64,000 nucleotides of DNA, taken from Perkinsus chesapeaki ATCC PRA-425 (taxonomy: Eukaryota; Protista; Perkinsozoa). The stretch is from NCBI GenBank assembly GCA_013115145.1, contig JAAPAO010000089.1, positions 1 to 64,000 on the forward strand. The letters are read 5' to 3'. The notes under the pieces were generated by a model. The model was given only the letters and a program-made list of their open reading frames with translations, did not search any database and was not told the origin of the DNA. Shown here piece by piece: positions 23,255 through 36,867 of this stretch; position 1 is the first letter of the stretch; each line of letters opens with the position of its first letter. Made by a program: the position numbers and the translations under genes.

Positions 23255-26200
23255 TCACGCCTTGAAAGGGTAAAAGTTTTCTAGGGAGTTGAGGATTCTC
23301 TCTGTCATACGAGCATTCTGATCTTCTGGGAAGACATCGCCGACTGTGTCATACCTCATCACGACCATCCTTTGACTTCTGTTATGACAGTTCAGCCGGG
23401 AACGTGCCGAAACTCTCCTGTTGTTCCCATTGGTGCCTGCTCTGGAGGGTGTGGGGTGGAGCCGTAGGCCGGACACTGATAGTGCACCGGGAGTAGTTGG
23501 CTGGCACGAAACCGTGCCAAGCTACACCAGTACACATCAGTGACCGTGGCAGCCTGCAGCACATCATGCAGTGCGAAGAGACTGACCTGTGAACAACAGG
23601 GTCCGATCGCACGGCTGAACGTGCCGCAGGCCTCCGCCAGGGCGGGCTGGGACGGGATTGTGAAGTTGCTAAAACTGGCGTTGAGCAGGCGTCTTGGGAA
23701 CCTGCCTGGGATGGATCCGCTAGCCTAGCTCTGTCCCTTCGTTGTGTGCTGAATAGTGCGCGCGCCACAAATCTCAACACCTCTCCATGCGCAGTCTCTT
23801 TGGAAACAACACTAGTGGTCGGGGACCACTCTTAGTTACAGTCAGCGGATCGTCACACGCCATCCCCTCCATCCAGTTTCCCAGATTATCGGCTATCGTT
23901 GGAAGAGTAGAATTCTGAGTCAGAATTTCTGACCTTCGTCAACCCATTACAGCCCCTTCGAGCCGTGAACCAAGACAGACGTTGACATGCGGTTGATAGG
24001 TTCCTTTGAGCGTGTTTAGAGCAAGAACACCGTCGATAGAGACGAACTCATTCACTTCTCCAGCGCATAGCAAACCTTGTGCCATCATTGCGCCATCTTC
24101 TCTACCCCAGGCGAATATGGGTATGGATGAGCCATACTTCCGTCTCGCCAGTTGGATAACTTCTCTTGCAAAAGCGAAACCATCAATAGAAGGATCACCA
24201 TTGCAGCAACTTCCTGCGTTCCACGAGCCGTGAAAGTCATCATCTTTACTTGCCAGCGCAGAAGGTGAAATAAGGACATTTTTGTAGCGATCGGCGAGCG
24301 AATAAAGTGGACCCAAGTGGTGCAGCCAAGTGGTGCAACCAGAAGAGTTCTGGTTGAAGCTATGGAAGTCGATAATAACCATCAGAGGGCTGCTTATTTT
24401 AGCCCCAGAAGCACCATCGTATGTAAACTGAACCCCGTCGTGATCGACAGGTGCTCGGTCACGAGGGAAAAAGAAGGCGCTAAGCGCAGTGTAAGTGATG
24501 CCGACACTCACGTCTCCTTCATACCTCTGAAGTCCACCAAGAACCTTTATTTCTAGCAAAGCATGACCACTGCAGGTATGTGCAATAAGAGTAAGATTTC
24601 TCTCGGGGAAACTCTCGCTCTGGTTGCACTTCAGGTAATCAACCCACGATTGGATGTTCTCTCTTATCGTGGGCAGGGGAGGGGTACTCCGAGGAATCCA
24701 GCTGGGCTTGCCGTAATAGAACCCGTTGAAGAAACTTAACCTGGTTAGGCGTAGCTTGTTCAATGCGTATCAGACTGATACTATCAGTCTGGAGTCCCAA
24801 AGTCTGTAGAGCGCAGAGCCCATGACATCGCCTCACACGGTCCAAATGGAGGTGATTTGTAGGGAACTAGACCTAGTATTCCCCCGACAGAAACATCAGC
24901 CTTTGCGAGCCCAGTGCATATCATCGCTTCGACCATCATAGCGCCATTACCATACCCAATTGCGTAAACAGGTAAGGAGTAGTTGTCAAGCTGCTGTCTG
25001 GTTGTGGCGACGATATTAGATACAAGAGAGAAGTCATCCACGGAAGGCTCCTGAATGCAGCACTCTCCTGCATTCTAGGCCGCCACACCATTAGCATTAA
25101 TCACAGCGCACGGAGTGATGAACGTGAAGCGGAACTCCTCAGCGTGGACCATGAGGGCTGCACCGCGCGTATTGTGTGAATCTTCACATTTTTCACCGAT
25201 ATTATGAAAGTTTAAGACCATTGCTTCAGGACGAACGCCAGGATCATGGGTATGATATGACCGTTCTGTGTTGGTGGTTGCTGGCCAATCGGTCTCAGTG
25301 AAGAAAAATCCAATGGCATACCTTGCCACGTCTCCTTTCCATACGGATTCTCCAAGGGTCATGGCATTAGCGGTGTTGAAAATAATTTCTTGAACTTTCA
25401 CCCACTCCTTCTGGCAGACCATTCGAGCTATTGACATGCCTTGGCTGTAGCGGACAGAAGGAGATTTGGTGACAGAAGGAGATTTGGCACAGCCCAGCCT
25501 TGCAACCCAAGCGCCGACATCCTTCTCTCGATCTGGCATTACAGACGAGAAGCTGTCCTCATAGAAAGTTCCAGGATAACCATCGTCACCACGCATGAGA
25601 GCAAGCCGATATGCCGCAGCATTGTCCTTCTGAAAAAACTCTGTTGCAGTTCAAGAGACCTTCGTCGCCGCCAGGTCCCATCACGACACTGCTTCCTACT
25701 GTGACAGCACCTTTGATATTATTCTCGCAGAATAGCTTGTGTGCGAGCATGCCACGGTGGCATTGCCACCAGCACCAAAGCCAACCGCATAGACTGGCGA
25801 GTCGGGCAGATAGCGATCTTTAAGAGCCTCCAGTGGAGCAAGAACAGAATCCTCGTCGTCTTGTGACTTATCGTTCTTACAGCAGGCCCCAGCAACCCAT
25901 GTTGGTCGACCATCCGTATCTGGCCTTCCGCATGGGGTCACCAAAAGAAAGTTAGATATGTTGACAACACCAAGAACTCCACTTTCATGGTGTCGTGTTC
26001 GGCAGTGCTCTCCTGTAGCATGAAGATTCAGTACAATAGCACTGGCATTCTGGAAGGGTTCTGTTACGAAGTATTCTCTGTCACTTCCTCCTGGCCCATC
26101 CTTGAAGGGAACATAGATCGAGAATGGTATCCCTGAGCCTATGCCGGTCGCAGTGATAGGGACCAACGCGGATCCAGTTGCAGTGATGGCGGGACCAATG

Positions 26201-26403
26201 GCTCCAGCTAAACCAAAGAATGCCCCGAACAGAGCAGAAAATGAGCCAAATAGGCCTCCAAGTGCACCTCCAAGGCCCCCTACTCCAGTGCCCGCGTTGC
26301 TGTTAGGAGATTTGCCACTGCGCTTGCCTTCAACCACTATCATTGAAGAGGAGGATACCAACCACACCCACAGAATCCACTTGAAGCGTGGTTGAGTACA
26401 CAC
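23255..26403 (-). pseudogene. Secreted protein with three tandem LpqC/PHB-depolymerase-like alpha/beta-hydrolase domains, all lacking the nucleophile Ser; two apparent lesions
   Basis: Signal peptide, Gly/Ala-rich stretch, then domains with WVAGACC/GFGAGG, *NAGECC/GYGNGA and WNAGSCC/GREDGA. In-frame TAG at 25075-25077 sits where Trp is expected. A palindromic insertion at ~24767-24791 shifts the frame. Confidence 0.7.
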
Positions 26404-27110
26404 GAGACTAACAGAAGCTGAGAAGCTAAATAATACTTAATGAATATATGGCTCCACCTCGGTGTGAACTAAGGTCCATCCCTGTAAAATTCAAAGTGTA
26501 GATTTCACATGAGATGCGGCACAACAGATGTGCCTCCACTCGATGATTTTTAACTAGAGAGACAAGATCCTTGGTGAGAGTTCTACGGTGGTACGACGCT
26601 TCGTGTTGTCAGATTCAATGCCCCTCCTCAGTGTGCCAAACCTTCTTCAAGAGCTACTTTTGAGAGCAGTACCACTGGGCACGTGTGCTCCAAGGCTGAC
26701 TCTGAACGGAATCATTCGCGTGCAGGCCTCGTCCAATGAACTGAGTATCAAGAAAAGAGTGTCACGGCTCTACGATCGCCCTCTAGCTGCACACTCGTTT
26801 AGCTGCTTTGCATGCATGCTGGCACGTGTGGTCTCATACTGGACTCCGCTTCTGGGAGGCACGCTCCTTCTTAGGTGACGTGCGATCCTCAATATCACTG
26901 ATGTTTCAACAGCGACGCATATTATGCGTCTCTGAGGCGATCTCCATTCACAGCGAGCTATGAGGCTACGTCCTTATAAGAAGTTCTCATTGAGAACCCC
27001 CGGAGCGTGCTCGCCTTCCCTGTCTGCTTCCATGTGTTCATTTGACATAGACGCTCGTTCTACCGGTTTTCTGTCGCGCTCTATTACAGTGTATACACTA
27101 CCCTGACTTA

Positions 27111-29293
27111 ATGTTGGCTCGTACTCTTGTATGGGTTGCGCTCGTCGCTCCCAGCAGAGGTGAAGAAGGAACCTTCGACCAAATTGTTGACCATTTTGAT
27201 GGTGAGTTCCTTGATATCAGTGATTCACTGCTCTTCCCACTCTCAGATTCCGCCACCCCTCCGAAAACTTTCCAGCAGCATTACAACTATTTTGAGGGAT
27301 TATTTCGTCCTTCTGGCCCTCCTGAGGTGACACTATCGCCATTCACTTCCTATTCAGTTCCTTGTTATGTAAGTAGGCCGTTATTATTGAAATACTAGGG
27401 GAAGCCCCTAATCTGCTAAAAGCTGGCCCTTATGGTGATACCGTGGGAGTAGCTAGACGGCTCGGGGCGATAGTGGTTCAACTTGAACATAGGTAAAGAT
27501 AGATGCGGTCCTGTTATTTCCACCAGCTTTTCCCCCAGGCTAATAAGCTAGCCCTATCTCGTAGCTTTTAGGTTCTTTGGTCCGGACCTTCCAGCACCGC
27601 TAACTTCTGATGTAGCCGTGTTGCGCCGGCTTTTGAACATTGTCATCTCAGATCATAGCTGACATTGTCTACTTTCGCGACTATCTCCTCAAGAATAAGC
27701 TCACCCATCTGAAGAACCCTCAATTCCTTCTCATGGGCAACAGTTGGCCAGGGGTAGGTTACTCGATCTGCCAGGTTATGTTTTAGTGCTTAGAGCCTAG
27801 CAGCGTGGACTCGCGTGAAGCACCCTGAAGAATTCGCCGGTGCTGTTGCTGGAGCACCGGCGCTTCGGTTCTATGTCGATTATCCGGGGTGCTTAGATAC
27901 ATCCGCTGAGTATAGCATTTCTCGTCAGATACTTCGATACCGTAGCCGAAGCCTTATCCAGAGAATCCGTCGGAGGGAGCTGCGAATGTGCTTGCTTCGT
28001 AGGCTCACTTTTGGAATGCACGCTAGGTCGCCCACGTTATCCTCAGTTTGGTGAGGCGTCCAAGATTATGGAAGATTTCATAGAAGACGAAGACCAGAAA
28101 GAGATACTTGCTGAAGAGTTTGATACTGAGCCAGAGTTCTTCAACGACTATCATGGTCTCGCTTTGCTGTATGTCTGGACTCCAGGCTCTTGAGGTTTCT
28201 GGTTGGTATTCTTTCCATCCAACCCTCTCCGCATTGTATCATGTCAAGTTGCCACGCATTTTTCTAGTGATTACTTCATTCTTAGTGCTATCTCTTCTCC
28301 ATTGAGTGAAGGGGTGAAACAGAATAGTGACCGGCAGATCCAGAAGATATGCCGCAGTGTCGAAGACTTACTTAAAAGAGTCAAGGCTGGTGCTGACTCG
28401 GACGAAGAAGATGATTCTGATGCTATTGATGAGGATCTGGTCGAGTAGGTCTGATATCTAGTATGGTATGGCTGATGCTCGATTTCAGTGGGTATTACCT
28501 TCAAGAGTTAGCCAAGCACCTGATCGGATCAAGGAGTGTGAAAACATACACAGAAGTCGTAGAGTTGTAGAATCCATAAGTGAGTCAGGAGCACCATCGT
28601 ATGGATCAGGTATATCAGTAAGCCCGAAACAAAGCCCTGGCTGCTGCTAAAATGTACTGAGCTTGGACTTTTCCCTTCGTGCAATGAAGGGTCGGCTTGC
28701 CCCCTCATAAATACCGAAGACTTTGTCGATGCCCAACTGAAGCTATGCGAAGACGTGTTTGGTATCCCTGCTCCGGAGGTTAGTTAACGGCACATCCAAA
28801 AACTTGAGTTATCGGCGTGGTTACCTTTCGCACAGTTCTCTCTTATTTTTGCATTTATCAGATTCATACCAGGATCGCGGCTAATCAAGAGAAATATGGC
28901 AAACTTGAGATCACTAAGAGCGACGGCAAAACCGATCTCACTAATATCATTGTCATTCGTGGCGAGCTCGACCCTGTCCGAGATGCTGGTCAGCCGCTCA
29001 ATCCACCGAGCGACCTGATCGAAATAACGGTAGCCAAGAATTGAATAGTCCTTCAATTCGAGGACTCCCATGTAGGTCAAAGATGCCAGCCACGGTACTT
29101 GGGCCATCAAGCCAGAAAGTCAGAGCCAACAGATAAGGTACCACTGCACGCCGTATTTGATTGTTGTGATCGAAAGGGGCTATCATCTCGCGCTTCTCAG
29201 GGCCTTGTACGATACAATAGCTCAGCAGGCTGTGAAATTTCTGAACCGAGTCGAGTGAAGCTACCCTGCGAAGTCGATGGACCATTTCATTGA
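27111..29293 (+). CDS. Peptidase family S28 (prolylcarboxypeptidase-like serine peptidase), secreted, multi-exon
   Basis: Signal peptide, TFDQIVDHF, TFQQHY, LEHR..FFG, nucleophile GNSWPG, AWTRVKHPEEFAGAVA, LCEDVFG, NIIVIRGELDP (Asp), DASHG (His). End approximate. Confidence 0.85.
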
Positions 29294-32200
29294 AATCGCT
29301 TTACGCCTTTGGCTCAGCCAATCAGGCATTTTTCTCATTAAAAAGATATCGCATTGGAACGTCTTACGTTCAGACTGCTAGGAGGCGCCTAGTAAGAGTT
29401 CCGTAAGCCTAGAGTTGTCAATATCGAGTTTGGTAATGGTGGTATACGAGTCGTAAAAACTGTGCTTATTTACAACTCAGTTCATTCCCACATCATAGGC
29501 GAACTAACTCGAGCATCAAGCTGCGAAGTCATACTGTCGGCCCGACAGTGTTGAACACTTGTTGGAATAACATCTCTTATCTTTTTGAGGTTAATGCATG
29601 GCTCTGTTCAAAACAGTCATCCTCTTTATCCTTCAGGGGCCTTCGGGTCCTTGAACAGCCTAATTATTACTCTTCCGTCGGCCTTTCGCCTCTGTATTCA
29701 CTGCCTCCGAACCACTACTCCCACGGTGCGCCGACCCGTTCAGCGCATTCGATCTTCGCCGCCGGAGCAGCGCGGAGGCCCTTCGCGCTGCTCGGTGGTG
29801 GTCGTCCTCAGTGATGTAGTGCTCCATACTCAAGTATCGTGCTTGGATTGAGACCGCGTCTTCGTTAGCATCGCCCCTGGACGCCCCTGGACGCTCTTTG
29901 TTGAATGGCCGACTCTCACTTGCGCCTTGTATGGTAGATGTTCCGAAAGCGTGCGTTTGTCCTACACGAACGCTACCTACGTTACATGATTGGGGAACAT
30001 CTTACCCAAGTACCCGGTCAGCTCCCCAACATCCCACTCTATGTCAGCCGCTGGTGGTGGTTTCATTTTGAGGTCCTCCAATTGTTCGCGTTAGGCTACC
30101 GCCCCTTCAGCTTCGACCGCCAGAACGTGAACCGTCTCTATTTCTTTGAAGGATCCTCGGCTCTGCGCGGTTCCCAGGCCCCCTTCTTCAACGCTTTGAC
30201 CAGCTTTGTTCCACCCCATAATTGTCCAACCTGTTGGTGGGTAGTAGGCTAGGAGTCCGTATCCTCTACACAACCACCGGTATCTCGCCCCCTACTTCCT
30301 CTAGCGTTGACCAGCTCGGCGATCTTCTGCGCCGCTACTCGGAGATCTGCAGATGTTGGGGCCACGTCTGTCTGCCAAATGCTCTCCTTTGTCAGTAAGT
30401 TAGTCAATGCAGTAGCGGCGCTACTGTAGCGCGGAAAGCCGAGCATCGACGCTATAGGTTTTCCCGGGGGAACTCCGCGCACGAAATCGACCAGCTATGC
30501 ACATGGTCAACATATGCGCTGGTGAGAACATGAGCCCATCTTACGCTGCTTTTCTCGGACGGCCATTAGCCGTCGGCTAATACTTGGACAGGTGAGCACG
30601 TCCTCACACTGCCCATCACATATATCTCCACTACATCCTTTCTCCCAGGTACAATACAAATAACTGAATTCTCACCCCTCTCGGTACGAAGAAGTGGAGA
30701 GACCCTGTGTTTGTGACCTATTCCATGAATTCATGATGGCAATGCGGGTTCCTGCATATCCTTACCTTTACTATTGGACTGCGCGGCATATTGCGGACCG
30801 TCCCAGGTAACAACCAACTCTTCGTGACAATGGTTGGATTGTGGGTGCTGTTTAGAATCTAAACAGATTTAGCTCATCTAAACTACAAAGTCTTCAAAGG
30901 ATGGTTCAACAACAAGAACGACCTGTCCTATGTGAGCTTGGGAGCTCAGTTCCAGCACGCGTTCCGTGTCGACGGCACTCAAGATGAGCATAAAACATTT
31001 GCTAGTGTCTGGTTAGCTAGAAAAAGGACAAGCTCAATGAGCAGTGATGACATCACTCCCAATCCCCTACCCTAATATTAAGCATCTGTCGCATGACCGC
31101 TTTGCTTTAGTGCGCTTCGCACTAAGGGCCGTCTGTCTCACGACTGTCAGTGTTTTGTTCTAGCGTACGCTCAGTAACCTATGATAGACAATCGTATACT
31201 TCTCACTGTTATCTGTCGTGCAACAGGTACTTACACTCCTAGTGAAAAGCATCCCTCTGTCGGAGCGTGGGCAGCAAGTTGCTGCCAGCAACGCCATCTG
31301 CTGCACCCCACGTCTTACTCACCGAGTTATGCAGGTTTATACGCCTGTATGCACGCATGCACTATATAAGTTATATAATATAACCCACTGTGAGTTACTC
31401 ACACATATCCTATCTATCGCACAATTGTCGTACCACGGTATTACTAGCTTTCTTTACTCGTGATATTCTACTCATTGCTCACTCTGTTTACTGCTCTATC
31501 TCTCTTCCGATATACGTTATCATCGTGGTGTTTATAACACTTCACACACCATCTCTAACGCGTGGTCCTGTTCCATTCCAGCGAAGACATTGAACATATT
31601 GCACGTGTTTTGCAGGTGAAGCTCTGACTACAACGGAAATCAACAGGGAGACGCCTCATGGAAGCACGGGAATCAACTTGTCATGCACCTTTCATGCATC
31701 GTAGTCTATGAGACTCCTACTAATATCACCCCACTTTCATACCCTCGTCCTCCTGACCTCGACACCGACAATCATCCTGCCCAACAGAAGATCCCTAGAT
31801 ACTGGATCACTTTCTGGGTGTGCAGAAGCTTCTATGAGGGCCATAGAACTGCAGCGCTCTCTGGTTACTATAAATGTACTAAATTCAATGTAGCCCTCAT
31901 CTCTATAGGAAGGGTGCATGTTGTAGTGGATTCCGCAACGAACCATATGTCTGTCCCGGGGACAGTGTCCCCTGGTCTAAAAAGGACGCACTCATTTGTT
32001 CCCTTTTAAAGAAAGGGAGTGGACCTCTCCCGTGACCTTGCGCTAGTGTGACTTGTCCTCCGGTGATGGTTTGCACAATGAGCTACATTCAACACAAATC
32101 TTCGCACAGTGCGCACAAAAATGAAAATTCCAGTCCACATAATAGTGGATCGAATGGACTAGATCATTCGACAGATCTGATAGTGTTGACAGTATCATAG

Positions 32201-32700
32201 GGCCAAACGTAAGCGCTTAGAGTCGTCAGTCTCTGCTAGGCATGTTCGAATGCAGAGGATGCACTGCTGGTCATACCCGATCAGCAACACGGGACATCCA
32301 GGCGCACGGAAAGAGACGTCCCTATCCGAAGTCGCGCGGATAACGAGTCGGTTGCTCAGTCAAGATGGACAAGTGTTGCCTCGTGGAAGAGCGACTCAGG
32401 AACTCCTCAATAAGACGCTCTTATAACGACAGGCATATGTTGAGAGTGTGTTACCGGGAAGCCGCCGCCCTCCGAGTGGCTCCCTGATATGCGGTACATG
32501 CTCCATACTATGTCCCACTGAAGACGGATGCCATCTGCCCTGCAGCAGACGAGTCATTGCAGTGACGGCAGTTTACCGGGTATGATTGGGAGAGAGATTG
32601 AAGCTTAGATCGAGGCAAAGTTCTCGGTGCTCCCGCGAGTCTCCCAATGAGTGTTCAGTGAAGGTGCGGTACCCTTTGCGCTGGCCTTGCGCGTCTTCAT

Positions 32701-33175
32701 CTTACTGTCTATCACCCGGAGGAGGTAACACGGTATAACAACTCTTATCAAATACGACTGCATCCCAAAAACGCGTACATATCTGGAGTATATGGACATT
32801 CAGAGTTAGTTCACTGAGACGGGTCATCACGGCGGTCCCATTTCCGGCATCGAACAGATGACCGACGTGATTCACGCGTGGCTCCTCTGGCCTGTGACGG
32901 CCCTATGCTTAGCTAATCAATGTTCATAGAGCCATTCGAGCAGTCAGACTACTCGGAAGACTGTCAGGCTGCTTAGAAGACTCTTATAATATATCACCGG
33001 GTGATGATCACCCCTACTAGGGGTCCCCTAGAGTGATCATGTGTCACGTTCAGTTCCCTTGTGACCACCATTTTAAATGCGCTTCATCAACTGGGCTTTA
33101 ATTCTGGCAATCGTATCTCTGGTGGAAGTTAAGCCTGTTAACGCCTGTGACCCTGAGAAGTACTGGACTTGTCCC
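32701..33175. repeat. Degenerate direct duplication, copy A (copy B at ~36868-37272)
   Basis: tagagtgatcatgtgtcacgttcagttcccttgtgaccaccattttaaatgcg...ccctgagaagtactggacttg is nearly identical in both copies. Upstream homology runs through ttcacgcgtggctcct...gtgacggccctatgct. Confidence 0.9.
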
Positions 33176-34229
33176 CCAGGAATGGTTTGCATACTCGGCG
33201 TATGTGGCAAAGCCTAACTGCATGCAGAGCATGCACCATTATAATAGAGAAGCTGCACTCCTATTTTTACCCGGCGGGGATTTTGAAACTGGAATGAACC
33301 CTTTTGTTGAACCTCAGTGAATATCTTGAAAGATACTTACACCTTGTATCGCAGGAGACGCTTATCGATAACATTTCTTCTCCACGTATGCTCTCTACGA
33401 CGATTTGAAACTTTGTTGCTCGGTGCCGGCTAACGGGAGGAGTATTAATGCTTTCATTTCTTGTTGACCGCTTTATTGAATAAGGTTTATTCATTGTTCT
33501 GCAAGATCCTTCAGTTGCGTTCGCCAATAGTGAGCTTCAGGAAGTGACATTTCATATCGACCTATAAAAGACTTGCCTATCAAGGCAGTATCAGACAGGA
33601 AGGGTGTTCAGAAAGGTGTCAGCTATGATGGTAGAGCGGTCCAACTTACCATTGAAGCATTCGTTGAAAGTTAGGCACCACTTCTTGTCAACAAACTGTT
33701 AAGAATGGCTTCTTAGGGCTGTGTCCCAATGTGTCGTATGGGATGAACAGAGTCCACTGAGAGATCGTAGCAAAAGGAGCACTGTTCCTCTGCATTATTG
33801 CCAGGCCGTACCAGTGGGCCCAATAGCGCTATTCAACCAGAACTGATTGGATAAACATGTGAGCCAACAACTTGAGTATCCAAAATTTGATTCAATCATT
33901 GAACACCCATCGGAACGCGCTCAAGTAGTACCTCTTGAATGTGGACCACATCCAGGCATTGGATCAGAGTGGGCTGGTAGCTAGGCATTGCTTTATATGC
34001 AGCAGACAAGTGACTGGCTGTGGTTCTATCAATATTGAGGGCTAAATAACAACTTGAGTCGAGCAATAAAGCCTGGCTCATTTGCGCGCGCCGAGATCCG
34101 CGTGGCACAAATTGCGTCGACAATTACTCTACTTGAGTTCCGTTCTTCCAGTCAATCAGCCTTGGTGCCACCAAGTTGGTGGATCAGTGACAGGAATTTC
34201 CTGTCAGGACAACCGTTCCTCTAGCCTCA

Positions 34230-34830
34230 AATGACTCCATCAACCAGCCCACTCTATCTTGGTCAGGGACTGTCGGACAGTCACTGCCCTATGATTCTCA
34301 AAGCATCTGCATTTTCAGAGGAAAGCTCCGGCCGTGCACCAGCAGTTGAATAAATCATCATCTATGGCGCCCTCATCTCAGAGCCTTATTTGCGGCCAAT
34401 AGATGGGAAGTTTCCTCAGAAAACCATAGGAGGGCGTTGTGAAATTTATAGTGCAGTCATGTTCTTCAGGGGCCGTTGAAGAGGCTTCAACGAATGTGAT
34501 AAGGGAGCGAGATTCTTTTCTCGCAGTCAGCTGGATGCTCAGGCTTTGAGCGGCCGAGGCGCCATCGTGACTGTGAACCACTGGACCACATCCTCGGTCG
34601 TTGCCGAGAAGGAGCACCCCATAGGGCACATAAGGAGACAATCATAGTAACAAAACTGCTGCTATGACAAGCGTATTTGAGAGTATTGCTTATCTCGATA
34701 CTCTACACGTATTTATCGTGGTGCCTTACACTGCGAATGCACACAGACAATGGATGAATAGCTCCATTCAACACACATTCCCCCACAGTGCACACAAACA
34801 GGAAAACGTCAGAGAGGCTTCACATGGGAC
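34230..34830 (-). pseudogene. Disrupted paralog of the 21356-21900 segment
   Basis: Same peptide motifs with in-frame stops (GARPELSSENADALRIIGQ*LSDSP). DNA similarity continues through the cagtgcacacaaa block. Confidence 0.6.
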
Positions 34831-36867
34831 GCCTCCAGTGATCCTTATCGGTCATTCTGTATCCCAGCTGAAGGATAAGGCTCTACTGTGGATACGGATC
34901 GGTAAATATTACGATCAGTACTGCCGATGATAATTTTGAGAGAAGGAAAGTGAGCCTCACAAGCTAAGGTGTGACATGTGTTTCTGAGGTCTCCGTGGAG
35001 TTTTCCCGTAGACATAGGTCTCTCAGCTACCCTGTACTGGTTGCCCGACCCGCGGCACCTTAGAAAGCCACCGTTCCCTATGTGAAACGGCTTTGACCGA
35101 CGGTCGGTCACCGACCTCTAGGGACGATGTAACTGCTTATTGTCGGCGACAATAAGCACAATAAGCGACAATTTGTCGCTGTCGGTAGTGATTCGCCACT
35201 AACGGACTTGCCGCCATTTTGAGAGACCACGCGGCCGACTTGCACAAGCTGCTACCGCTTTCGCCTCGTGATAGCAACTTTTATGTCGTAAACCCCATTT
35301 CAGTTCCCTCCTTGTTCTTTTCCTATCAACCTTGATGCGCTTCGTCAGCTGGACGATGATAATTGCTATGGTTTACTGGACTGAGACCAGGCCTGTGTAT
35401 GGCTGTGATCCGTCAAATCCCAAGAGCTGCCCTCCTCGATCGTGGTGCCAATGCTCGGACGGTACTTGTAACTGCAATAGAATTTGAGGGCTAGTCGCGA
35501 GGTTTTTTTTTCGAGAAGGCGGTGGATCGAACCGACTTGCTCACTTGACACATCTGATAGTGTTGACCGTGTCTATCACATTCTCGTCGCAAACATTATG
35601 TCCGACCTTTTTTCTGCGTCAAACACGACCACTTTAACTTGTCAGTCTCCGCTAATCAATTGTTGAGCTTAGTAGTAACAACAAACTCACTCTTGATCAT
35701 GTATCAATCGATTGTATTGACCAGGTTGGTCAAGCCGCTTGACTCAACAGTCTTACCGTGACGCACTCTGATTGCCAGAGCATTCCCTCAGCGTTCACAA
35801 GGCACTCGTAATGCTCGAAGAGATAGGGGAAAGTAGATCGCACTTTCACCCCAGATCCCCAATTTACAGCTGCCAATTTGGGGCGTCTAGAGATGCCAAC
35901 GTCTTGCAAGGCCTTGCCGCTGGCAACTTTCCGGCCCCTTCCGTCGTTCATCATTCTCAGCATGATGAACGACGGACACTCCGCTACATATACTGGACGA
36001 CATACATTAGCGGCAGACGGCTGCAAATGTATCGTATGGTTCAGTCATATCAAAGATCCGTAAGTTAAATGGTTACAACTACGGGCTATTGTATGGAATT
36101 CATATATGCCATTCTCTGTAGCACATAACATGCCTGGCTACTCACCGCCAATGGGAGCAGGTCGAGTACTTCAGAGCCTGAGGATAAGTACCGCTGGACT
36201 TGTTCAGTCACTACAGTCACTTGTAGCTCAGTCGAGGCCTCGGAACGAGACTATAGAATAAGCCACCGGCGCACTCATCTCGCAGTATCGTTCCTGACCG
36301 AGCGATAGTTGAGTCAATTACGTCGATAACTCCCTGTAATTTCTGAACAGGTACTGAGTTTCCCAACCTCACTCCTCCAGGAGAAGAAATACCCGGACTA
36401 CTAACCGGACAGGTTTGGCCGTTGCTGTTGGCCTTTGCTCGGTGAGAAGCTCGCGAATCGCGATCAGCATTACATAGAGTCATCAATTCAGTTACGTAAT
36501 GTAAGCCTGCCAAGGTGGGCGTTACAATATACAGTAGGCTGAACTTGATCGCTGTGAATATTATTCATTGACTAATAAGTCATCTTTTTGAGTGTTACGG
36601 TAAGATTGGACCTTCAGGAGGTACGGTTCTTACCTCTTGCCACTCGCTCCCTCAAATGCGTGACTTGCTCCATCTGACTTGCTCTGTGAAAGAGGATAAC
36701 ATCAGCCCTGCAGCTGACGGTTGTTGCAAAAACGTCAGTCTCACGATGATGGCTGAAAGTGAGACTAGAACTGATATTGGCACAAGCGCAGGATGCTTTC
36801 ACGAGTCCTCAGTGGAGGTGCGTTACGTGTAACGTGGAGGGCCTCCACGCCGGCCTGAGATTTTATC

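Noticed and set aside
29550-30500. Gag-like degenerate reading frame
   Set aside because: Multiple stops and no zinc knuckle or other diagnostic motif.
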